Source: Phenylobacterium sp. | GTDB taxonomy: Bacteria; Pseudomonadota; Alphaproteobacteria; Caulobacterales; Caulobacteraceae | Assembly (NCBI RefSeq): GCF_028290885.1 | Contig: NZ_JAQGIZ010000038.1 | Location: 1-60,233 of the forward strand | Reading direction: 5' to 3' | Length of the DNA stretch: 60,233 nt | Shown: positions 52,539-60,233 of the stretch, one piece after another | Layout: each line of letters begins with the position of its first letter | How positions within the stretch are numbered: position 1 is the first letter of the stretch | Position numbers and translations under genes: made by a program | The notes under the pieces: model-generated | The model's database searches: none | Told to the model about the DNA's origin: nothing | The model's input: only the letters and a program-made list of their open reading frames with translations

Positions 52539-53416
52539 TCGCCGTGCTGGATCGCCGCCGCGCGGATCGGCCGGAAGATGGCTTCCAGGAACGCGAAGAC
52601 GCCGAACGCCATGAGGCCGAGCGCGGTCAGGCTCAGCAGCAGGCCGCCCATCGGCTGCCGGTGCAGGGCCTCCAGCGCGCCGCCGATGCCGTGGGCCTCG
52701 ACGGCGCGGGCGTGCCATCCGGCGCGGGCCATGAAAATACCCACCGGCGCCAAGGCTATGCCGCGGGCGAAGTAGCCGATCCTCGCGACCGTTCCCGCCC
52801 AGCGGGCGATGTGCGGGTCGCAGTCGAGCGTGCGGCCGAAGTGGCTGAAGACCGCCCGGACGATGTTGCCGACGCCCGACGCCAGGACGAACAAGCCGGC
52901 CAGGATCACCAGCATATTGCCGAACGGGAAGGTGAGGACCTTCTCGACCGTGCGCGCCATCGCGGCATGCTTGCTGTGCTGTTCCAGGTGATGCACCGCA
53001 TGGAGCAAACCGAATACGGAGATGGCGAGGCCTCCGTAGACGAGGCCGCTTACCGCCTGACCGGCCCGCGCCGCGAGTCCCTTCGCCGTGGCGCCCTGGC
53101 GGTCCACGTCGAAGATCGATTGCAGGGCCCGCCAGCCCGCAAAACCGTAGAGGCCCAGGCCGATGAGCCAGAGGAAGATCACGCCGGCCGGCCACTCGCC
53201 CCAGGCCTCCAACGCACCGAGCGCGCCCCGGGCGTGCGGGGTGAGGCCGAGGGCGGCCAGGAGGGCGACGGCCCCCACGGCCAGGTAGACGCTCCCCCGA
53301 GCCACATAGCCGATGCGCGCGACCGTCTCGGCCACGCTGGACCATGGGGCGTTCGGAAACCGCGCCAGCAAGCGGCCAAGCGGGTTCGAACGGGCGGCGG
53401 TCAGCGGAGCGGTCAT
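52535..53416 (-). CDS. DUF1206 membrane protein
   Basis: Repeated ARIGY.ARG units, GALEAL...P.G..LL; six TMs. Confidence 0.85.
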   Translation of the reverse strand: MTAPLTAARSNPLGRLLARFPNAPWSSVAETVARIGYVARGSVYLAVGAVALLAALGLTPHARGALGALEAWGEWPAGVIFLWLIGLGLYGFAGWRALQSIFDVDRQGATAKGLAARAGQAVSGLVYGGLAISVFGLLHAVHHLEQHSKHAAMARTVEKVLTFPFGNMLVILAGLFVLASGVGNIVRAVFSHFGRTLDCDPHIARWAGTVARIGYFARGIALAPVGIFMARAGWHARAVEAHGIGGALEALHRQPMGGLLLSLTALGLMAFGVFAFLEAIFRPIRAAAIQHGD

Positions 53417-53437
53417 GGGGCAACCTTCACCGTGCGA

Positions 53438-53463
53438 AACGTCGCCCCGGTGCGGCGCGTTCC
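53438..53463 (-). promoter_or_regulatory. EcfG/SigT general-stress promoter of the DUF1206 gene
   Basis: Exact GGAAC-N17-CGTT, 21 bp upstream of the ATG. Confidence 0.72.
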
Positions 53464-53470
53464 GCCCGGC

Positions 53471-56344
53471 CTAGTGCGCGTCGTCCCAGTTGGTGGCGGC
53501 GCGGGCGTCGACGACCAGCGGGACGGAGAGCGAGACCGCCGGCTCCGGCGCCTTCTCCATGATCCGTTTGGCCACGGCGATCACCGCCTCGGCCTCGGCC
53601 TCGGGCGCCTCGAAGATCAGTTCGTCGTGCACCTGCAGCAGCATCCTGGCCTTCAGGCCCGCCCCCCGCAGCGCTCCGGGCATGCGCACCATGGCGCGGC
53701 GGATCACGTCGGCGGCGGCGCCCTGGATCGGGGCGTTGATCGCCGCCCGGTCGCCGAAGGACCGCTCGGCCGGCGACTTCCCCTGCGCGGCCGGGATGAA
53801 GACCTTGCGGCCGAAGATGGTGGTCACGAACCCCTCGGCGCGGACCTGCCGCTGCATGCGGTCCATGTAGGTGCGGATGCCGGGGAAGCGCTCGAAGTAG
53901 GTCTTGATGTAGGCGCCGGCCTCCTCACGCGGGATCGACAGCTGGTTGGCCAGGCCGAAGGCCGAGATGCCGTAGACGATGCCGAAGTTGATCGCCTTGG
54001 CGCGCCGTCGGGTCTCGGCGGGCATGCCCTCCACCGGTACGCCGAACATCTCCGAGGCGGTGAGCGCGTGGATGTCGATCCCCTCCTTGAAAGCCTGCTT
54101 CAGCTGCGGGATGTCGCCGATGTGGGCCAGCAGCCGCAGCTCGATTTGGCTGTAGTCGGCGCTGATCAGCACATGGCCCGGCTCGGCGATGAAGGCCTTG
54201 CGGATCTTGCGGCCTTCCTCGGTGCGGACCGGGATGTTCTGCAGGTTGGGATCCGAAGACGCCAGCCGGCCGGTGGTGGCCGCCGCCAGGGAGTAAGAAG
54301 TGTGGACCCGCCCGGTCCTGGCGTCGATCGCGGCGACCAGGTTGTCGGTGTAGGTGCCCTTCAGCTTGGAGAGCTGGCGCCAGTCCAGCAGGATGCGCGG
54401 TAGCTCGTGGCCCTGGGCGGCCAGGTCCTCCAGCATGGAGGCGTCGGTGGACGCCGCGCCGGTGGCCGTGGTTCGGCCGGACGCCAGGCCCATCTCCTTG
54501 AACAGCAGGTCGCCGATCTGCTTGGGCGAGCCCAGGTTGAACGGCCGGCCGGCGACCCGGTGGGCCTCGAGCTCAAGCTCGCCCATCCGCACGGAGAAGT
54601 CGTTGGAAAGAACCCGCAGCCGCTCCGGGTCGACCTTGACCCCGGCCAGCTCCATCTCGACCAGCACCTTGGGCATGGGCCGCTCAAGCGTCTCGTAGAC
54701 CGTCAGCAGCTTTTCGCGGGCCAGGCGTGGGCGCAGGTGCTCGTAGATCCGCAGGGTGACGTCGGCGTCCTCGGCGGCGTAGCAGGTCGCGGCGCCCAGC
54801 TCGACGTGCTTGAAACTCTTCTGCGCCTTGCCGGTCCCGGCCACCGTCTTGAAGGAGATCGGCTCGTGGTCGAGCAGGCGCTTGGAGAGCTCGTCCATGC
54901 CGTAGCTCTTGTGCAGCCCGCCCTCGAGCGCGAAGGCGATCAGCATGGTGTCGTCCATCGGCCCGACGTCGACGCCGTGGCGGGCGAGCACGGCCAGATC
55001 GTACTTGCCGTTCTGGGCGACCTTCAGGACGGCGGGCGATTCCAGCAGCGGCTTCAGCCGCGCGATCGCGTCTTCGAGCGGGATCTGGGCGAGCTCGACC
55101 GGCGCGTCGAGCTGCAGGCCGCCCTCCTGTTCCTGCTCATGGCCGAGCGGGATGTAGCAGGCCTCGCCCGGCGCGACCGCCAGCGAGACGCCGCAGAGGT
55201 TGGCGCTGGAGGATGACAGGGCGTCGGTCTCGGTGTCGAACGCCACGACCCCCTTGGCGAAGGCCCGCGCGATCCAGGCGTCGAGGGTCGCCAGATCGCG
55301 GACGCACTCGTAGGCGTTGACGTCGATGGCCCCGTGCTTGGGCGCTTCCAGCGCCTTGGCAGCCGAAGGCGTGGGCGTCGCCGCCGGCTCGCCGCCCCGC
55401 GCCTCGGCGACCCGGCGCGCGAGCGTGCGAAACTCCATCATCTCCAGGAAGGCCGCCAGGGTCTCGGCGTTGGGGTCCTCGACGCCCAGTTCGTCGACTG
55501 GCGAGGGCAGCGGGGTGTCGCAATCGAGCTGCACCAGCTGGCGCGACAGGCGGATCTGGTCGGCGAAGTCGATCAGGGTCTGGCGGCGCTTGTCCTGCTT
55601 GATCTCCGACGCCCGCGCCAACAGCGTATCCAGGTCGCCGTATTCGGTGATCAGGGCCGAGGCCGTCTTGATCCCGATGCCCGGCGCGCCCGGCACGTTG
55701 TCGACGGAGTCCCCGCACAGGGCCTGGACGTCGACCACCTTGTCCGGCGTCACCCCGAACTTGTCGAACACCTGCTCGGCGCGGATCACCAGGTTCGGGG
55801 TCTTCATGGTGTCGAGCATCGAGACCTTGGGTCCGACCAGCTGCATCAGGTCCTTGTCGGAGGAGACGATCACCACCTCGCCGCCCATGTCGCGCACCTT
55901 GCAGGCGTAGGCGGCGATCAGGTCGTCGGCCTCGTAGCCGGGCAGCTCGATGCAGGGCACGCCGAACGCCTTGGTCGCTTCGCGCACCAGCGGGAACTGC
56001 GGCACCAGGTCCTCGGGCGGCGGCGGCCGGTGGGCCTTGTACTGGTCGTAGAGCTTGTTGCGGAAGGTCTGCTCCGAGTGGTCGAACACCACGGCCAGGT
56101 GCGTCGGCGCCTCCTCCGAGGCCTTCATGTCGACCAGCAGCTTCCACAGCATGTTGCAGAAGCCGGCGATGGCGCCGACCGGCAGCCCGTCGCTCTTGCG
56201 GGTCAGCGGCGGCAGGGCATGGAAGGCCCGGAAGATGAAGCCCGAGCCGTCCACCAGGTAGAGCCGCACATTCGGCCCGTCCTGCGTCGGTTCGCGTGGG
56301 ATATCGCCGAGTGTTTCGGGAGCGGCATCGAGGGTGTCGGTCAT
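53471..56344 (-). CDS. polA: DNA polymerase I
   Basis: LVDGS..FRAFHA 5' nuclease, FDTET exonuclease I, ADYSQIELR, RAKAINFG, QVHDEL. Confidence 0.98.
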   Translation of the reverse strand: MTDTLDAAPETLGDIPREPTQDGPNVRLYLVDGSGFIFRAFHALPPLTRKSDGLPVGAIAGFCNMLWKLLVDMKASEEAPTHLAVVFDHSEQTFRNKLYDQYKAHRPPPPEDLVPQFPLVREATKAFGVPCIELPGYEADDLIAAYACKVRDMGGEVVIVSSDKDLMQLVGPKVSMLDTMKTPNLVIRAEQVFDKFGVTPDKVVDVQALCGDSVDNVPGAPGIGIKTASALITEYGDLDTLLARASEIKQDKRRQTLIDFADQIRLSRQLVQLDCDTPLPSPVDELGVEDPNAETLAAFLEMMEFRTLARRVAEARGGEPAATPTPSAAKALEAPKHGAIDVNAYECVRDLATLDAWIARAFAKGVVAFDTETDALSSSSANLCGVSLAVAPGEACYIPLGHEQEQEGGLQLDAPVELAQIPLEDAIARLKPLLESPAVLKVAQNGKYDLAVLARHGVDVGPMDDTMLIAFALEGGLHKSYGMDELSKRLLDHEPISFKTVAGTGKAQKSFKHVELGAATCYAAEDADVTLRIYEHLRPRLAREKLLTVYETLERPMPKVLVEMELAGVKVDPERLRVLSNDFSVRMGELELEAHRVAGRPFNLGSPKQIGDLLFKEMGLASGRTTATGAASTDASMLEDLAAQGHELPRILLDWRQLSKLKGTYTDNLVAAIDARTGRVHTSYSLAAATTGRLASSDPNLQNIPVRTEEGRKIRKAFIAEPGHVLISADYSQIELRLLAHIGDIPQLKQAFKEGIDIHALTASEMFGVPVEGMPAETRRRAKAINFGIVYGISAFGLANQLSIPREEAGAYIKTYFERFPGIRTYMDRMQRQVRAEGFVTTIFGRKVFIPAAQGKSPAERSFGDRAAINAPIQGAAADVIRRAMVRMPGALRGAGLKARMLLQVHDELIFEAPEAEAEAVIAVAKRIMEKAPEPAVSLSVPLVVDARAATNWDDAH

Positions 56345-56466
56345 GGCGCTAAGATAGGGCGGCCGGCGCACGCGGTCACCAAGGGCGATGATTGTTCCTA
56401 AGCGTCGCGTCGCCTTGGCGGCTGACGGCCCCCATGCAAGCTCGGCGAGCAGCGACGGAGGCATCC

Positions 56467-57324
56467 TTGATTCGATGGTTCATAGGCGTGATGGCGTGCC
56501 TGACGATCGCCGGAGCCGCGATGGCGGCCGACCTGCCGGCCGACAAGATCAATGGCTTCAAGGCGGGCGTGACCACCCGGGCCGAAGTGCTCGCCAGTCT
56601 TGGGAAGCCGGAGAAGGAAGATCACAATCCCGACGGCCGGTCGGTCGCGCTCTACATCTACACGGTCCCGCTGACGGAGAAGAACAAGACGGTCCGCGAG
56701 ATGGCCGTGGACTTCCTGTTCGACGCCCACGACCTGTTGCTGGGCGCCAAGTTCTTCACAAAGGACCCTGCGGCCGATGCGAAGCCGGCGGCGACGTCAG
56801 CCGCTGCGTCTGCGCCGCCCGGCCTGCAGGATGAGAACATCCTCCTGCCCCTGCTGGAGGGGTTCAAGGTGGGCTCCCAAGGACGCCAGGCCCAGATGCA
56901 GGGCACTGAGTTCGTGCCGAACGGCGAGACAGTCCAGGACTGGTCTCGGATGGTGACCGAGCAGATTTTCTTTGGGCGCCGGAGCGTCGATCCCGACGAC
57001 CTGCCGGGCGGAATGGCGAAGTCGTGGCCCGTGGCCTGTCCCGGCGGCTCCGGCGAGCGGACGGCCAGGACGACCGAGAACGGCTACCCGATGTCCCTCT
57101 GGGTGTTCCGGTGCCCGATGAACCCACAGACCCACAAGCCCGAGAACATGTGGATGAAGGTGATCAGCGGCCAGGACGCCCTCTACAGCGTCCAGTACGC
57201 CTACCGCCGCGCCTTGGCGGATGACCTGGCCGGTCCGGCCATGAACTACCTGGACCGCGTGAAGGTCTGCGACACCCGCGGATCCGCGCACCCCTGCCCG
57301 TCGCTCCAGCCAGTCAGTCGGTAG
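56467..57324 (+). CDS. Exported two-domain hypothetical protein (SmpA/BamE-like N-terminal domain plus Cys-containing domain)
   Basis: GGAGG RBS before TTG 56467; signal peptide AMA-A; GVTTRAEVLASLGKP motif. Confidence 0.65.
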   Translation: MIRWFIGVMACLTIAGAAMAADLPADKINGFKAGVTTRAEVLASLGKPEKEDHNPDGRSVALYIYTVPLTEKNKTVREMAVDFLFDAHDLLLGAKFFTKDPAADAKPAATSAAASAPPGLQDENILLPLLEGFKVGSQGRQAQMQGTEFVPNGETVQDWSRMVTEQIFFGRRSVDPDDLPGGMAKSWPVACPGGSGERTARTTENGYPMSLWVFRCPMNPQTHKPENMWMKVISGQDALYSVQYAYRRALADDLAGPAMNYLDRVKVCDTRGSAHPCPSLQPVSR

Positions 57325-57342
57325 GGCGTCGCTGGCGGGGGC

Positions 57343-58149
57343 CTATTGGAACCGCTTGTTGAGGTTGCCGAGCCCCTCCGCGCCCGCCGCGAAAGCCCCC
57401 GGGTCGCCGTCATGCAGAAACGCCGCCGTGGCCTTGGCGACCGTTGCATACGCCGCCCGGAAGGGCGCTGTGGCCGAGCTTACCCGCCGCACGCCCAGCG
57501 CCTGCAGTCGCGCTGCGCTGGCGAGGCCCGGCAGCAGCATGATGTTCAGCGGCAGCTTGATCCCCTCGGCCAGCCGCCCGATCAGGTCGTCGTCCGAGGG
57601 CCCAGGCACGAAGATCCCGCTGGCCCCGGCCGCGCGGTAGCGCTCGGCGCGCTGCACCACCTCCTCATAGGCGGCGTGGCCCTCCGCCAGGCCCTGCAGG
57701 TAGACGTCGGTGCGGGCGTTGATGAACAGCGGCACGCCGGTGGCGTCGGCGGCCTTGCGCGCCGCCTCGACCTTGCGGGCGTGCAGGTCGGGGTCGCGGC
57801 GGCCGTCCTCCAGGTTGATCCCCACCGCGCCGGCGCCGATCACCGCCTTGATGGTCTCGCCGAGCTGGCCGAGGTCGTCGGTGTAGCCGCCCTCGATGTC
57901 GGCGGTGACCGGCACGCTCACCACCCGCGCCACCGCCGAGATGGTCGCCAGCAGCAGCGGGAGCGGCAGCGCATCCCCGTCCGGATAGCCATGGCTCCAG
58001 GCCACCGCCGCCGAGGACGTCGCCACGGCCTTCGCGCCCGCGTCGGCCATCACCGCGGCGCTGGCCGCGTCCCAGGCGTTGGGCAGGATCAGGATCTCCG
58101 CGCCGGTGTGCAGGGCGCCGAACGCCTCAGCCTTGGTCTTCTGGTCCAT
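57343..58149 (-). CDS. Isocitrate lyase/PEP mutase family protein
   Basis: PNAWDAASA, ATSS, ADIEGGY, GINLED, INARTD. Confidence 0.9.
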   Translation of the reverse strand: MDQKTKAEAFGALHTGAEILILPNAWDAASAAVMADAGAKAVATSSAAVAWSHGYPDGDALPLPLLLATISAVARVVSVPVTADIEGGYTDDLGQLGETIKAVIGAGAVGINLEDGRRDPDLHARKVEAARKAADATGVPLFINARTDVYLQGLAEGHAAYEEVVQRAERYRAAGASGIFVPGPSDDDLIGRLAEGIKLPLNIMLLPGLASAARLQALGVRRVSSATAPFRAAYATVAKATAAFLHDGDPGAFAAGAEGLGNLNKRFQ

Positions 58150-58267
58150 CGTGCCCTCCGCTTGCCCAGGTCTAGACGTAGGTAGCGCCTGGGCTGTGAC
58201 AACTGCTCGCGGTTTCCGGACGCCGAGGCGTTTCACCCCCGCCTCCGAAACCCTGTAGAACCCCGCC

Positions 58268-59424
58268 GTGACCGCCACGGCCCTTTCCCGCCTGACCCTG
58301 ACCGACTTCCGCTCCTATGCGCGGGCCGACCTCGTGCTGGACGGCCGGCCGATCTTTCTCGTGGGGCCGAACGGGGCGGGGAAGACCAACCTGTTGGAGG
58401 CCGTCAGCCTGTTCACCCCCGGCCGCGGCCTGCGCGGGTCGAGCCTGGCCGAGGTGGGCCGCCGCCTGCCCGGCGAGGCGCAAGGACGCGCCTGGGCGGT
58501 CTCGGCGGTGGTCCGGGCGGCGGGCGAGGAGACCCAGCTCGGCACGGGGGTTGAGACCGCCGGGGCGTCGCGGCGCACGGTGCGGATCGAAGGCGAGACC
58601 GTGCCGCCCGGCCGGCTCGCCGACCATCTGCGGCAGGTGTGGCTGACCCCGGCCCAGGACCGGCTGTTCCTGGAGGGCGCCAGTGAGCGCCGCCGCTTCT
58701 TCGACCGGCTGGTGTTCGCCGCTATTCCCCGCCACGCGGCCCACGCCCAGGCCTACGAACGCGCCCAGCGCGAGCGGATGCGGCTGCTCACCGACGCCGG
58801 CGAGAATGGGGGCGCCCCGGACGCGGCGTGGCTCGACGCGCTCGAGGCGCGGCTGGCAGAGGCCGGCGCCCTGATGGCCGAGGCCCGCGCCACGACGCTC
58901 ACCGCCTTGCAGGCCGAGATCGACGCCCGGGGCGAGCGGCCGTTCCCACAGGCGCGGCTGTCGCTCACCGGCGAATGGGAGCAGATGGCCGCCGCCGGCG
59001 CCGAGATCGCTGACATCGAGGCCAAGCTGGCCCGCGCGCTCGCCGCCGTCCGCGAGCGCGACGCCGCCGCCGGCCGCGCCCTGACCGGCCCGCATCGCGG
59101 CGATCTGGCCGTGATCCACGCCGAAAAGGACCGTCTGGCGGCGGAATGTTCGACCGGCGAGCAGAAAGCGCTGATTTTGAACCTTGTTTTGGCCCAATCC
59201 GCGCGGCTTTCACGTGCAGAATCAGCGCCAAGCCCTATATTGTTGTTGGACGAAGTCGCAGCGCATCTGGACCGCACCCGGCGGGCCGCGCTGTTCGACG
59301 AAATCGAGGCGCTCGGGCTCCAGGCCTTCCTGACCGGAACCGACGAGCACCTCTTCGAAGACTTGAAAGGACGGGCCCAAGGCGTGCGTGTAGACGCCTC
59401 CGGCCTGACTGAGTTGGATCCCGC

Positions 59425-59428
<4 letters not shown>
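58268..59428 (+). CDS. recF: DNA replication/repair protein RecF
   Basis: [39 protein letters not shown]. Confidence 0.96.

Positions 59429-60233
<805 letters not shown>

Overview
High-GC chromosomal DNA from an alphaproteobacterium, most likely Caulobacteraceae (Phenylobacterium/Caulobacter-like). The call rests on DnaA sequence style, the dnaA-rpsT-mutM/ubiE-ubiB-coaBC-dut and tsaD/hemC-hemD-mitofilin-hemY gene orders, and a GANTC cluster at the dnaA promoter. Most of the window is core housekeeping (dnaA, rpsT, mutM, ubiE/B, coaBC, dut, dapB, maeB, acs, gpsA, tsaD, hemC/D, polA, recF, 5' part of gyrB). The accessory zone is about 40.1-52.5 kb. It holds two decayed, integrase-less islands: one at tRNA-Thr(CGT), with three copies of the tRNA 3' half and a chimeric DNA-methyltransferase relic, and one at tRNA-Ala(CGC), carrying a Tat-exported serine hydrolase. 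Between them is the best candidate for an undescribed system: a two-gene operon encoding a membrane-anchored TIR protein and a SLOG + tandem SLATT (4-TM) effector, i.e. a Thoeris-like signal/receptor/membrane-effector logic. Other notable items are an Acs with a duplicated C-terminal domain lacking the catalytic/acetylated lysine, a lipoprotein with a toxin-like domain behind a perfect LexA box, a GsrN-like two-hairpin sRNA with an EcfG-type promoter upstream of the sirtuin gene, and a 56-aa antisense gene splitting hemC from hemD. All family assignments are by motif recognition; no searches were run.
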